Of a DNA stretch of 64,000 nucleotides, positions 45,110-55,167 are shown one piece after another; within the stretch, counting starts at the first letter, position 1, and each line of letters opens with the position of its first letter. The translations under genes were made by a program, and so were the position numbers. Location of the stretch: sequence record OZ035782.1; one strand, 5' to 3'. The DNA is from Felixounavirus LF110P2. The notes under the pieces were generated by a model. That model saw nothing but the letters and a program-made list of their open reading frames with translations, was not told the origin of the DNA and did not search any database.

Positions 45110-46179
45110 TTAACCAGCACCCAATCTTTTTAGGTGGTGAGAGAAAAACTTTTGACTCACTTAATAAACACTACCCAAAAATCTTTGAGCTTTATAAACA
45201 ACAAAAAGCACAAGATTGGTCAGAAGATGAGTTCCCTTTTGAACAATCACGTCTTGATTTTGAGAGTGTTCCAGCATCAATGTCAGGTGTAATGCTTGAG
45301 ATTCTTAAGTGGCAGTGGGAAGCAGATACTCAAGTTGCTAAGAGTTTGGCATTTGCCTTTGCACCATTTATCTCTGATGACATCTATGCAACTGCAATTA
45401 TGAAGCAGTCTGAGATTGAAAACCTACATGCTCTTACTTACTCAGAGATTGTAAGGCAATGTATTAAAAACCCTGAAACAATCTTAGATGAGATTAACCA
45501 GAATGTTGCTGTACAAGACCGATTAAAAACTGTGAATCGTGTTCTTGAAGAATTACTGGATGAAGGTATAAACTATCGCCTGAGTTATGTGCGCGACTCA
45601 CTTCTGGACAAAGACCCTTTACACTTCCATAAAGTGATTCTAAAAGGTCTATTTGCAGTGACTGCACTTGAAGGTATATCTTTTATGGCATCCTTTGCAT
45701 GTACCTTTGCACTTGATGCTCAAGATAAATTTCAGGGTATTGCTCAAGCTGTCCAGAAAATTATGCTTGATGAAATCCTTCACACTAAAATTGATATTGA
45801 AGTTTTAAAAGAAACTTTAAGAGATGATGAGTGGCAGAAAGCTTTTCAACAAATTCTTCCAGAGATTAAAGTAATCTTAGATGAAGTAGTTGAAAGTGAA
45901 GAGAAATGGTCGTATTATATCTTCTCCGAAGGACGTGCTGTAGTTGGCTTAAATACAAAGCTTCTTCATGAGTGGGTTTACTATAATGCTGCCCCACTGT
46001 ATGATATGTTTGGCATTCCCAGAGATTTTGTAGCTCCTAAAGAACCACCTTTGAAGTACATGATTAAGAAGATGGAAATTGATAAAGAGCAGAATGCTAA
46101 TCAGGAGCAACAGAACGGTGCGTACCTATTGAATACTGTTGTAGATGATTTGAATAGTGGATTTTTAGAGGTTCCTTAA
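45106..46179 (+). CDS. nrdB: Ribonucleotide reductase class Ia small subunit
   Basis: 357 aa from MINQHPIF with AAAGGAGAAA RBS; position after nrdA; helical ferritin-like composition. Confidence 0.75.
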   Translation: MINQHPIFLGGERKTFDSLNKHYPKIFELYKQQKAQDWSEDEFPFEQSRLDFESVPASMSGVMLEILKWQWEADTQVAKSLAFAFAPFISDDIYATAIMKQSEIENLHALTYSEIVRQCIKNPETILDEINQNVAVQDRLKTVNRVLEELLDEGINYRLSYVRDSLLDKDPLHFHKVILKGLFAVTALEGISFMASFACTFALDAQDKFQGIAQAVQKIMLDEILHTKIDIEVLKETLRDDEWQKAFQQILPEIKVILDEVVESEEKWSYYIFSEGRAVVGLNTKLLHEWVYYNAAPLYDMFGIPRDFVAPKEPPLKYMIKKMEIDKEQNANQEQQNGAYLLNTVVDDLNSGFLEVP

Positions 46180-46421
46180 TGACTTATGTAATTTACTCCA
46201 AAACTGGATGCCCTCAGTGCGAGACTGCAAAGAATTTTGCAAAAGCTCGTGGTATTGACCATGTTGTGAGAATGTTAGGGCAGGACTATGAACTATCAGA
46301 CCTGATTGATATTGCACAGATGCCAGTTCGTCAGATGCCATTCATCATGAAAACTGATGGGCAAAACCTAAAACCTGTTGGTACGCTACAGAATTTTATG
46401 GCAGAGGTGAATAATGCTTAA
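46179..46421 (+). CDS. Glutaredoxin / NrdH-like redoxin
   Basis: Active-site CPQC in an 80 aa thioredoxin-fold-sized ORF directly after nrdB. Confidence 0.65.
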   Translation: MTYVIYSKTGCPQCETAKNFAKARGIDHVVRMLGQDYELSDLIDIAQMPVRQMPFIMKTDGQNLKPVGTLQNFMAEVNNA

Positions 46422-46620
46422 ACGCATTTGGGAAGGTTTTGTTGTTGATGCACCAGCTATTGTGATTGGTATGCTTATTGTTAACCTATTTACTGACTTT
46501 GAACAAGGTTCATTGTTTGGAGCCATGTTACTATGGGTTATCTTCGAAATATTAGAGATACAGTTAGGTATCACTGAAAAACTAAGAGAACTCTTTGCGA
46601 AGTTTTCTAAAAAGATTTAA
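46414..46620 (+). CDS. Small hydrophobic protein
   Basis: 68 aa with two hydrophobic segments; followed by terminator. Confidence 0.25.
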   Translation: MLKRIWEGFVVDAPAIVIGMLIVNLFTDFEQGSLFGAMLLWVIFEILEIQLGITEKLRELFAKFSKKI

Positions 46621-46627
46621 AATGAAA

Positions 46628-46649
46628 GGGTCTCTTCGGAGACCTTTTT
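46628..46649 (+). terminator. Intrinsic terminator
   Basis: GGGTCTC ttcg GAGACC hairpin followed by TTTTT. Confidence 0.55.
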
Positions 46650-46668
46650 AGCATGTAAAGGGGCAATA

Positions 46669-48813
46669 ATGAACAAAGTACAGATTATTAAAAAGAATGG
46701 CTCACTTGAAGAACCTGATATCAAAAAAGTTTTAGCAGCAGTCACAAAGTCAGCTAACAGAGTTGGTTATAAAGAGCTTCCACCAGATGTTACTCAAGCT
46801 CTTGAGTCAGCATTTATGAGGATTCTGGTAAAGTCCACTAAGCAGAATAATTTGCTAATTTCGGTAAATGATATTCACAGTATTGTTGAGGGTGCTTTGG
46901 CAGAAGTCAATCACGAGATTTATGAGTCTTACTCAACATATAGAAATTACCGTAAAGAGGTTGCTCAAAATTGGGATGAACTCTACCAGAAGACCAAAGA
47001 TACACTCTTCTTAGGCGACCGAGAAAACGCTAATTTTGACAGCAGTTTAATTTCTACAAAAGGCTCAATTATTCGTGGTTACCTGACTAAAGAAATCTTT
47101 AAACAGTACCATTTAACACCAGAGGAACTTGAAGCCATTGAAAAAGGATTTATCTATATCCATGATTTAAGAGACCTAATTTTTGGTGGTATCAACTGTT
47201 GCCTGTTTGACATTGGTAAAGTCCTGAAAGGTGGCTTTGAAATGTCTGGCATCGAATATTGTGAACCGAAGTCTGTGCTGTCAGCCTTACAGGTTATTGG
47301 TGATGTAGTTCTTTCAGCAACTGCACAGCAATTTGGTGGCTTTACTTTAGCAGAGATTGATAAGGTACTTGTACCGTATGCTAAGAAGTCTCTACGCTAT
47401 CATGCTGAGAAAGCAGCATCTTATGGTATTCCTAAAGAACATTACCATAATTATGTCATGGAGCAGCTACAGATTGAATTAACTCAAGGTTTTCAGTCAC
47501 TTGAAATGAAACTGAACACTGTACCTTGCAGCCGTGGTGATTTCGCATTCACAACTTTAACATTCGGGTTACTTGACTCAGATATGTCTAATGAAGACAA
47601 CCGACTACAATACATGATTGCAAGTACTCTCCTAGATGTTCGTATGAATGGACAAGGTAAGAGCAAGAAGCCTGTTGTATTCCCTAAACTGGTTTATATT
47701 CATGACCAGAAGAGACACGATGAGAATATCTGTCAAGGTCAACTGTACAGTAAAGCTATTGAGTGTTGCTCTAAAGCGATGTATCCAGATTTCTTAAGCG
47801 TATCTGGTCATGGTGCTGTAGCAGAAGCTTTTGAGCGTTCTGGCAAGGTAATTTCACCGATGGGTTGCAGAGCTTTCTTATCCCCATATCTTAACGAGAA
47901 TGGAGAAGAGTTCTACGTTGGACGTGCTAACATTGGTGCTGTATCTTTGAACTTGCCAATGATTTACCAGTATTCTAAAGAGAATGGTTTAGATTTCTGG
48001 AAAGAGCTTGATAAGTACCTAGAGATGATTCGCAGCTTCCACAAGAAACGCTACGAAATGATTGCTAATATGCCAGCAAGTTCTAACCCTCTTGCATTCA
48101 CACAAGGTGGTCTGTACAAAGGGACTAAGAAACCTACTGACAAGGTTGGTTGGGATATCGTGAAGTCCTTCACAGCTTCTTTTGGGGTTACTGCTCTTGA
48201 TGAGCTGTCTGTTCTTGCTGAAGGTAAACGACTTCATGAAGTTGGAAGCTATAGTTTTGCATACGATGTTCTGGCATACATTAACATGAAAACTGAAGAG
48301 TTTAAGAACGAAGATGGCTTCTTGTATGCGGTATATGGCACTCCAGCAGAATCACTTTGTGGAACTCAGTTAAAACAGTTCAGAGATATGTTTGGCGTTA
48401 TTAAAGGTGTCTCTGACAAGGAATATTTTACAAACAGTTTCCATATGAATGTTGCAGCAGATATCTCACCATTTGAGAAGCAGGACTTAGAAGAGCCATT
48501 CTTCCATATCTGTAGAGGCGGCAGAATCCAGTATGTGAGGGTAGCTAACCCAGAAAACTTACCAGCACTTAAAAGTTGTATTACAAGAGGGATGTTGAAG
48601 GGTTTTTATCAAGGACTTAACTTTGACTTAGCAATCTGTGAACATTGTGGTAACAGACCAAAGGCTGATGTTGAAGAATGTGAGGTTTGTCATTCACACG
48701 ATATCTCTGTGATTAACAGGGTGTGCGGGTACTTGTCATTCACAAAAATTAAAGGTCAGTCTCGAATGAATGACGCTAAGATGGCAGAAATTAAGGATAG
48801 GGTTTCTATGTAG
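46669..48813 (+). CDS. nrdD: Anaerobic ribonucleoside-triphosphate reductase (class III)
   Basis: C-terminal glycyl-radical signature RVCGYLSF preceded by a Cys cluster (CEHCG...CEVCH); 714 aa. Confidence 0.85.
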   Translation: MNKVQIIKKNGSLEEPDIKKVLAAVTKSANRVGYKELPPDVTQALESAFMRILVKSTKQNNLLISVNDIHSIVEGALAEVNHEIYESYSTYRNYRKEVAQNWDELYQKTKDTLFLGDRENANFDSSLISTKGSIIRGYLTKEIFKQYHLTPEELEAIEKGFIYIHDLRDLIFGGINCCLFDIGKVLKGGFEMSGIEYCEPKSVLSALQVIGDVVLSATAQQFGGFTLAEIDKVLVPYAKKSLRYHAEKAASYGIPKEHYHNYVMEQLQIELTQGFQSLEMKLNTVPCSRGDFAFTTLTFGLLDSDMSNEDNRLQYMIASTLLDVRMNGQGKSKKPVVFPKLVYIHDQKRHDENICQGQLYSKAIECCSKAMYPDFLSVSGHGAVAEAFERSGKVISPMGCRAFLSPYLNENGEEFYVGRANIGAVSLNLPMIYQYSKENGLDFWKELDKYLEMIRSFHKKRYEMIANMPASSNPLAFTQGGLYKGTKKPTDKVGWDIVKSFTASFGVTALDELSVLAEGKRLHEVGSYSFAYDVLAYINMKTEEFKNEDGFLYAVYGTPAESLCGTQLKQFRDMFGVIKGVSDKEYFTNSFHMNVAADISPFEKQDLEEPFFHICRGGRIQYVRVANPENLPALKSCITRGMLKGFYQGLNFDLAICEHCGNRPKADVEECEVCHSHDISVINRVCGYLSFTKIKGQSRMNDAKMAEIKDRVSM

Positions 48814-48820
48814 AATACAA

Positions 48821-49399
48821 ATGAATTACGAACTAATATATAATGCAATTATTAAAAAGGCACATTCTGAAAGGGGTGTGCCTCTCACATACTACAAATG
48901 TCAAGGTAAGGGTTATGAAAGACACCATATCATACCAGTATGTCTAGGTGGCGATAAAATTAGTGGAGATAACATTGCTTTACTTACACCTAGAGAGCAT
49001 TATATAGCTCATAAATTACTGGTTAAGATGTATCCAAACAATCATAAGTTATGGTTTGCATGGAGCAGGTTAGCTCATGATGGCCTAGATAGGAAAATAT
49101 CATCCAGAGACTATGAAAAGGTAAGGGCTTTAAACTCGAAAGCTCTATCGATTGTGAATAAAGGTAGGGTTTTCACTGAAGAGCATCGAAGACGATTAGG
49201 AGAAGCTCAAATAGGTAATACAAAGTCAAAAGGTTGTAAAAGGTCTATGGAAACAAGGAAGAAGATGTCAGAAGCCGGAAAAAAGCCAAAGAAAAAGAAA
49301 ACTTGCCCGCATTGTGGCATGACTGGTGGTGCTGGTAACATGACTCGATATCATTTTGACAATTGTAAGAAAAAAAAAATAACCTTATGTAAAACTTGA
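48821..49399 (+). CDS. HNH homing endonuclease (free-standing, between nrdD and nrdG)
   Basis: HNH core YERHHIIPVCLGGDKISGDNIALLTPREHYIAHKLL; C-terminal zinc knuckle CPHCG and Lys-rich tail. Confidence 0.6.
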   Translation: MNYELIYNAIIKKAHSERGVPLTYYKCQGKGYERHHIIPVCLGGDKISGDNIALLTPREHYIAHKLLVKMYPNNHKLWFAWSRLAHDGLDRKISSRDYEKVRALNSKALSIVNKGRVFTEEHRRRLGEAQIGNTKSKGCKRSMETRKKMSEAGKKPKKKKTCPHCGMTGGAGNMTRYHFDNCKKKKITLCKT

Positions 49400-49454
49400 C
49401 AAGGTGGTGTGGGTCTTGATAGGCTTACATCACCTTTTTATTTGGAGTTACATT

Positions 49455-49790
49455 ATGGACTTGTGGCTTTATGTAGCAGTTTGTGGGATTGTATGTCTGA
49501 TAATCTTATTTATTCTTGGAATAATGCGATTTAGAGACATCATACAGTCAGATTTTTTGCCTGAGTTTGCCATGATGGTTGGAGTTATTGCACTTTGTGT
49601 CTTGGCGGTGTTCTATTCATACAAAACTGTGATATGGATGAAGTCAAACAATTGTGTAAAAACTCATCAACATCGTGAGGTTACTTATTTTGTGAGTGTA
49701 CTTAGTGGGAACACCACTGTACTTGTCCCACAAACTTCTGTAGAGTATCTTTACACATGTGATAATGGTAAAACTATATGGTGGAATTAA
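49455..49790 (+). CDS. Small membrane protein
   Basis: Two hydrophobic helices; ATG preceded by GGAG (track ORF starts at GTG 49404). Confidence 0.3.
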   Translation: MDLWLYVAVCGIVCLIILFILGIMRFRDIIQSDFLPEFAMMVGVIALCVLAVFYSYKTVIWMKSNNCVKTHQHREVTYFVSVLSGNTTVLVPQTSVEYLYTCDNGKTIWWN

Positions 49791-49993
49791 CAATGGCAAC
49801 ACTCTTAAAGGTATTGACACCCACACTACACATAGTAATCTTCTTCTTTGGGGTTAGTGTTATGGTATGGGGTTTTTCAGACCCACAATGGAGTTTATCA
49901 TATCATGGACAAATGGATTTATGGTCATGCTTCAAACCATTTTTAGGGTTAGCTATAGCATTCAGTGCATTACCAACTAGGGTGAAATTATGA
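49778..49993 (+). CDS. Small membrane protein
   Basis: 71 aa, hydrophobic. Confidence 0.25.
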   Translation: MVELTMATLLKVLTPTLHIVIFFFGVSVMVWGFSDPQWSLSYHGQMDLWSCFKPFLGLAIAFSALPTRVKL

Positions 49994-50385
49994 TTAAGTT
50001 GAGCAAAAAACAGTTAGAGTGGATTAAAGATTACGCCTCAGAGTGTGGCTCTTGCGAAAAGAATCACGTAAGATATTCAACATTCCATACAACCTTCGCA
50101 TTGTACATAGGTGACAACGTTCTAAGTGATTCCGTAGAAGATGGTGTAGCGTTGCCTAATGAATTGCTTGACAAATTAGCTGTAGTCACTGGAACTTGGT
50201 CTGAAGAAGACGGTCATGAATTATCTGATGATGTTGTCTTCTACAGTATTGAAAATATTATGAATCCAGAGTACATTATGCTAATGACTTGTGCACAAGA
50301 CTGTGTACCATTACAAAACTTCATCAAAGAGCACTGTGAAGAGTTTATTACTAAACAGGTTCCTTGTCAGGTAGTGTTTGAATAA
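49990..50385 (+). CDS. Hypothetical Cys-containing protein
   Basis: 131 aa ORF. Confidence 0.3.
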   Translation: MIKLSKKQLEWIKDYASECGSCEKNHVRYSTFHTTFALYIGDNVLSDSVEDGVALPNELLDKLAVVTGTWSEEDGHELSDDVVFYSIENIMNPEYIMLMTCAQDCVPLQNFIKEHCEEFITKQVPCQVVFE

Positions 50386-50420
50386 GTAAAAGGCTTAAAT
50401 AATATTGGTGAGGTAACTAG

Positions 50421-50906
50421 ATGAATTACATGGAGATTAGACCATTTGACACAGCTAATGGTGAAGGGGTTCGTGTAAGTCTCTTCGTAGCTGGCTGTAA
50501 ACATCACTGTGAAGGTTGCTTTAACAGGGAGTCTTGGAAGTTTAATGCTGGTAAAGTATTTACTTATGCAAACCTTTATGGCATTCTAAGACTTTTGGAA
50601 GATGACTCTTTAAGTGGGCTGTCTATCCTCGGTGGAGAACCATTGGATGACCGTAACATTGGAGAAGTCACTAAGATTTGTCAGAAGGTTAAATCAATCT
50701 ATCCAGAGAAATCTATCTGGCTCTGGACAGGTTTTCAGTTACATGAAAAAATTCACCTTGATGTGATGAAATATGTTGACGTGGTGATTGATGGTAAGTA
50801 TGATTCATCTAAACCAACAGTTAAACCATATCGTGGTTCTGATAACCAAAACCTCTGGAGAAAAGAGTATGGGTGGCAAGGTGATTGTCAGTGGAGAGCA
50901 GAGTGA
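50421..50906 (+). CDS. nrdG: Anaerobic ribonucleotide reductase activating protein (radical SAM)
   Basis: CKHHCEGC radical-SAM CxxxCxxC cluster near N-terminus; about 160 aa; near nrdD. Confidence 0.75.
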   Translation: MNYMEIRPFDTANGEGVRVSLFVAGCKHHCEGCFNRESWKFNAGKVFTYANLYGILRLLEDDSLSGLSILGGEPLDDRNIGEVTKICQKVKSIYPEKSIWLWTGFQLHEKIHLDVMKYVDVVIDGKYDSSKPTVKPYRGSDNQNLWRKEYGWQGDCQWRAE

Positions 50907-51004
50907 TTATTCTGGCAAATGGACTAAGGTATAACTCCAATTGGTATCACTGAAGAAGAACTTCATAAGTTCTGTATTAAACTTTAATGAGAGAGAGACT
51001 AAAA

Positions 51005-51271
51005 ATGGGAATTTTAGGTAATATGAAAGCTGGATTCTTGAAGGCACTGGAAAAAGCAGCAGCAATTGTTTCTATGACTGGAAAGCAGGTCGGTGTAGAT
51101 GCTTCAGTGGTTGCACAGGTTCTTGCAAGCCAAATTGAACAGCAGCCTTACATCTACGTAGGCCGTGGTAAAGGTGGTAAGAAACAAGCCCACCGTCCGT
51201 CTGGTGCAGCAGCTATTAAACGAGCAGCTAAGAAAGCTCGTAACCGTAAACGTAATAAGAAGGCTAAATAA
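51005..51271 (+). CDS. Small protein with highly basic C-terminal tail
   Basis: C-terminus KRAAKKARNRKRNKKAK; start chosen at second ATG after GAGAGAGAGA. Confidence 0.3.
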   Translation: MGILGNMKAGFLKALEKAAAIVSMTGKQVGVDASVVAQVLASQIEQQPYIYVGRGKGGKKQAHRPSGAAAIKRAAKKARNRKRNKKAK

Positions 51272-51273
51272 TC

Positions 51274-51594
51274 ATGAGCAAAGTTTATAACACTCGCAAA
51301 TTACAGATTTTCGTACTGTGCCAGTTTATGGCTAAAGAATACAACTTCTACTATTGTGGTACAGGTTTTATTAGTGATGATGATGGCTCATACCTCCCAT
51401 TTAAAGAAGCTGTAAAGCTCTTTAATGAAGAGAAAAGCTCTAAGAAAGATATTGAAAAGGTTAAGCTAACCTACAGCAAGAAAGATAAGAAGATTATCTG
51501 CCTAGATAACTTTGTGAAAGTTACTGGAGAAGCAAAAGAGTTTATGGATGAGAGTGAGATTTCATTCACAAGCATCTTGAAAGTAGCTCAGTAA
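51274..51594 (+). CDS. Hypothetical protein
   Basis: 106 aa ORF. Confidence 0.3.
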   Translation: MSKVYNTRKLQIFVLCQFMAKEYNFYYCGTGFISDDDGSYLPFKEAVKLFNEEKSSKKDIEKVKLTYSKKDKKIICLDNFVKVTGEAKEFMDESEISFTSILKVAQ

Positions 51595-51607
51595 ACAGAT
51601 ACTATAA

Positions 51608-51631
51608 GGGGACTGTAAAGGTTCCCTTTTT
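51608..51631 (+). terminator. Intrinsic terminator
   Basis: GGGGAC tgtaaag GTTCCC hairpin (one G-U pair) followed by TTTTT. Confidence 0.45.
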
Positions 51632-51645
51632 ATTTTGGAGATGAT

Positions 51646-52161
51646 ATGTATCTGTCAAACCTGAAACGTTCGGTTGCAATGTCAGTTCTAAGACTCAGCT
51701 TTGATGAGCGTCAAGAATTTATAGACTCCCACAAATATGACCCTTCAAATTCTAATCACATGGTTCTTTGGAATCGTGATAACTTCCGTGAAAGAGCACT
51801 TGTCCGTTATTACCCACACTACACAATAGATAACCTGTATGAATGGTGTGTTGTTAAGAACACCATTGCAACACTGAACAATCTTTGCAGGTATACGGGT
51901 AAGCAAACATTTACACTAGGCCACCACAAACCTGTTACAAAGGGTGGTGAGCATCACTGTGCAAACTGGTTTATCCAGACTAAACTTGATAACCAGAAGC
52001 AAGGAGATAACCTTCTAAGCACACCTAAGATGACCTATGAAGAGCAAGAGAAATATATCAAAAACAATATGCCAGATGTGCTTGACAACAACTATACAGA
52101 TTTGGCAATATCTCTCTTGTTGAAGTTCGAGACAGTTTATAGGGCAACTTATAATGGCTAA
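51646..52161 (+). CDS. Hypothetical protein, possible HNH-like nuclease
   Basis: GHHKPVTKGGEHHCANWF...N..Q is HNH-like but degenerate. Confidence 0.25.
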   Translation: MYLSNLKRSVAMSVLRLSFDERQEFIDSHKYDPSNSNHMVLWNRDNFRERALVRYYPHYTIDNLYEWCVVKNTIATLNNLCRYTGKQTFTLGHHKPVTKGGEHHCANWFIQTKLDNQKQGDNLLSTPKMTYEEQEKYIKNNMPDVLDNNYTDLAISLLLKFETVYRATYNG

Positions 52162-52432
52162 AGAGAAGTGGGAGATTTTACCATTAGTCAGTGAAGGTGG
52201 TAATGGTTGTGAGATGTACATGATACGTGGTCATGTTCCAGAACCAATTGCACTTGAGATGGTAAACAACTTTACAGATGGCTCTTACAAAGACTTAGGA
52301 GAGCCAACTATAAAGCAGCAATGGGTAAAGCCTGTACCAGACAGCACAGGTAACTGTAGTGTACTTTATCACGTTGTAGACCCTGCAAAATGCAAATCTG
52401 CAATGGCAGTAACAAACGTAACTTTTGATTGA
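52154..52432 (+). CDS. Hypothetical protein
   Basis: 92 aa ORF. Confidence 0.3.
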   Translation: MAKEKWEILPLVSEGGNGCEMYMIRGHVPEPIALEMVNNFTDGSYKDLGEPTIKQQWVKPVPDSTGNCSVLYHVVDPAKCKSAMAVTNVTFD

Positions 52433-52443
52433 GAGAGAAAACT

Positions 52444-53325
52444 ATGAAAACATCTATCCGTGTTACAGTTCATTCACCAACTAAAGGGACTCATGAAGAA
52501 GAGTTTAACATCGTCCAATTCCCTTCTGGTGAGATTGGTGGACACTTTTCGCCAGAGTTTGTTGATTTTACTGCTTATGCAGCATCATCTATCAACAATG
52601 TGATTATGATTGTAAAAGGTTATGATAAAGATACATTGTTTGCTGTGGCACTTGCTAAAGAGGCGGTGGATAACTTAGTACCTCATAAGTTTGCTATGAA
52701 GACCATTATCTTTTACTATTTGCCAAATGCACGTTATGACCGTCACATGTTTAAAGGTGATGCAGCAGCTTTGAAAGTGTTTGCACAACAGGTTAATGCA
52801 ATGGGTTTTGATGCAGTCTGTGCAGTTGACCCTCACAGCTATGTACCAGATAACCTGTTTAACTGCTTCCAGAGTATTCCTCAAAAGGAAATTGCAGTCC
52901 ACTATGCAAATGACCCACTGATTGATTACTTAGTAGCCCCAGATGCAGGTGCTGCTAAGAAGATTGCAGAGACTGCTAAAGAGGTGGATAAACCATACAT
53001 CACAATGTCTAAAGTGCGTAACCTTAAGACTGGTGAAATTACTGGTATGCGAATCCTTGATGATGTTGATTTGACAGATAAAACCGTCATGATTCTGGAT
53101 GATATCTGTGATGGTGGTCGAACCTTCATAGAAGCAGCGAAACATCTTCGTGAAGCAGGTGCAAAACGTGTGGAACTTTATGTAACACATGGTATCTTCT
53201 CTAAAGATGTTGAAAACCTTCTTGACAATGGTATCGACCATATTTACACTACAAACTCTTTAGGCGAAGCTAAAGACCGTGGCTTAACACATTACAGTCA
53301 AGTTACTGTAGCAAACCTTGATTGA
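52444..53325 (+). CDS. prs: Ribose-phosphate pyrophosphokinase (PRPP synthetase)
   Basis: PRPP-binding loop VMILDDICDGGRT and overall size about 295 aa; ATG at 52444 preceded by GAGAGAGAAA. Confidence 0.7.
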   Translation: MKTSIRVTVHSPTKGTHEEEFNIVQFPSGEIGGHFSPEFVDFTAYAASSINNVIMIVKGYDKDTLFAVALAKEAVDNLVPHKFAMKTIIFYYLPNARYDRHMFKGDAAALKVFAQQVNAMGFDAVCAVDPHSYVPDNLFNCFQSIPQKEIAVHYANDPLIDYLVAPDAGAAKKIAETAKEVDKPYITMSKVRNLKTGEITGMRILDDVDLTDKTVMILDDICDGGRTFIEAAKHLREAGAKRVELYVTHGIFSKDVENLLDNGIDHIYTTNSLGEAKDRGLTHYSQVTVANLD

Positions 53326-53334
53326 AAGTTTATA

Positions 53335-53355
53335 GGGGCTTAAAAGCCCCATTTT
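53335..53355 (+). terminator. Intrinsic terminator (weak U-tract)
   Basis: GGGGCT taaa AGCCCC hairpin followed by ATTTT. Confidence 0.4.
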
Positions 53356-53370
53356 GAGAGAGATTAAAAG

Positions 53371-55152
53371 ATGACTAAATCACTTTATGCAGTACCAGCA
53401 GGTTTAAACGCAGATGCTTACAAATCTGGTCATGTTTACCAGTACCCTAGTGCAACAGAGTACTTGATGTTCAACCTGACACCACGTAGTGACAAATGGT
53501 TTAACAGCCCCTTAGCAATTGATGGTGTAGTAGCTTTTGGTATTCAACGTTTCGTTAAAGATTACTTGATAGACCACTGGAACGCCACTTTCTTTGAACG
53601 TGATAAAAAAGAAGCCATTGATGAAATCTTAGAAGTCATGAATGGTGTTCTGGGTAAAGATGCTATCGGTCGAGAGCATTGGGAAGCACTTCACGACTTA
53701 GGTTATCTACCAGTTGAAGTATACGCTGTAGAAGAAGGCACAGTTGTTCCAATGCGTGTCCCGATGATTGTCTTTCAGAACACTGTTTCAGGTTTTCATT
53801 GGGTAGCGGGGTATCTGGAAGATGCTTTCTCTGCTGAAATTTGGAAGGCTTGCACCATTGCAACTATTGCATTGCATTACAAACGCATCTGTAAGAAGTG
53901 GGCTGACCTTACTTGTGACAATGACTTACATTTACCTTATCAGTGCCATGATTTTGCTATGCGTGGTATGTCCGGCTTTACTGATGACGCATTTAACGCT
54001 GTAGGTCACTTAACCAGCTTTAAAGGAACTGATAGCTTCCCTGCTGTGTATACGGCTAAACGAATCTATGGACAGTCCTACCCAATCTCTGATATTGGTA
54101 GCTCTGTACCAGCCACTGAGCACTCTGTAATGTGTGCAAACATTGCTTGGAAAGGTGGCAATGAGTTGATTGAAGAAGAAAGACGCTTTAAAGGTGAGTT
54201 ACAAACCTTCCGTCGTTTCTTAACAGAAACTTACCCAACTGGTATTGCAAGTGTTGTTTCAGATACTTATAACTTCTGGAGAACTGTGTCAGAAATCTTA
54301 CCAGCACTCCGTAAAGAAATTATGGAACGTGATGGTAAACTGGTAATTCGTCCTGACTCTGGAGACCCTGTACATATTGTCACAGGTTATAAAGCAATCC
54401 ACTTAGAGTGTGCTAAAAAGGCTTATTATGAGCACCTAAGCAAGCTGGAAGCTAGTGACACAATGCTGAATGCTGTTCTGAACATGAAGCTTGAAAACAT
54501 CAACTATGGTATTGCTGGATGGCTACTGTCAGAAGGCTACGAAATGGTTGTTGACAGAGAAGACTTTGAAGCTGCTGATACGGTGCTGTTGAAGAATGCT
54601 TATATGGTTGGCTCTGCAAACGTTGTAACACGTCCTGTAGCGGAGATTGATGGAGCTATTAAGACACTGTACAACATCTTTGGGGGAACTATTAACTCTA
54701 AAGGGTTTAAGGTACTGGATGAGCACATCGGCCTTATCTATGGTGACTCTATCACACTGGAACGTGCAAACGAAATCCTGAAGCGTCTGTATGAAATGGG
54801 TTTTGCAAGCTCTAACGTAGTGTTTGGTGTAGGCTCTTACACTTACCAGTACATGACTCGTGACACCTTTGCATTTGCTGTCAAAGCAACTCTTGCAAGC
54901 ATTGGTGGTAAAGAGATTATGCTTGCAAAAGACCCTAAAACAGATAGTGGTGTTAAGAAATCTGCCTTTGGTGGTGTAGCACCTATGTGGGATGGTGATA
55001 AGCTGAAAGCTGTAGATGGCTATGGGTTCCAGAGTTTTGCAGATGTACTTGACCACCCAGCTTGTGCCTTACGTTTAGTCTTTAGTGACTCTGAGCAGTT
55101 CGGTTACACAACTCTTGGTGATATTCGAAATAATATTGACAAGCAGCTTTAA
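53371..55152 (+). CDS. nadV: Nicotinamide phosphoribosyltransferase (Nampt/NadV)
   Basis: 593 aa; internal region ...GIASVVSDTYNFW...LVIRPDSGDP... typical of Nampt family; adjacent to prs. Confidence 0.75.
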   Translation: MTKSLYAVPAGLNADAYKSGHVYQYPSATEYLMFNLTPRSDKWFNSPLAIDGVVAFGIQRFVKDYLIDHWNATFFERDKKEAIDEILEVMNGVLGKDAIGREHWEALHDLGYLPVEVYAVEEGTVVPMRVPMIVFQNTVSGFHWVAGYLEDAFSAEIWKACTIATIALHYKRICKKWADLTCDNDLHLPYQCHDFAMRGMSGFTDDAFNAVGHLTSFKGTDSFPAVYTAKRIYGQSYPISDIGSSVPATEHSVMCANIAWKGGNELIEEERRFKGELQTFRRFLTETYPTGIASVVSDTYNFWRTVSEILPALRKEIMERDGKLVIRPDSGDPVHIVTGYKAIHLECAKKAYYEHLSKLEASDTMLNAVLNMKLENINYGIAGWLLSEGYEMVVDREDFEAADTVLLKNAYMVGSANVVTRPVAEIDGAIKTLYNIFGGTINSKGFKVLDEHIGLIYGDSITLERANEILKRLYEMGFASSNVVFGVGSYTYQYMTRDTFAFAVKATLASIGGKEIMLAKDPKTDSGVKKSAFGGVAPMWDGDKLKAVDGYGFQSFADVLDHPACALRLVFSDSEQFGYTTLGDIRNNIDKQL

Positions 55153-55167
55153 AAGTATATGATAAGA

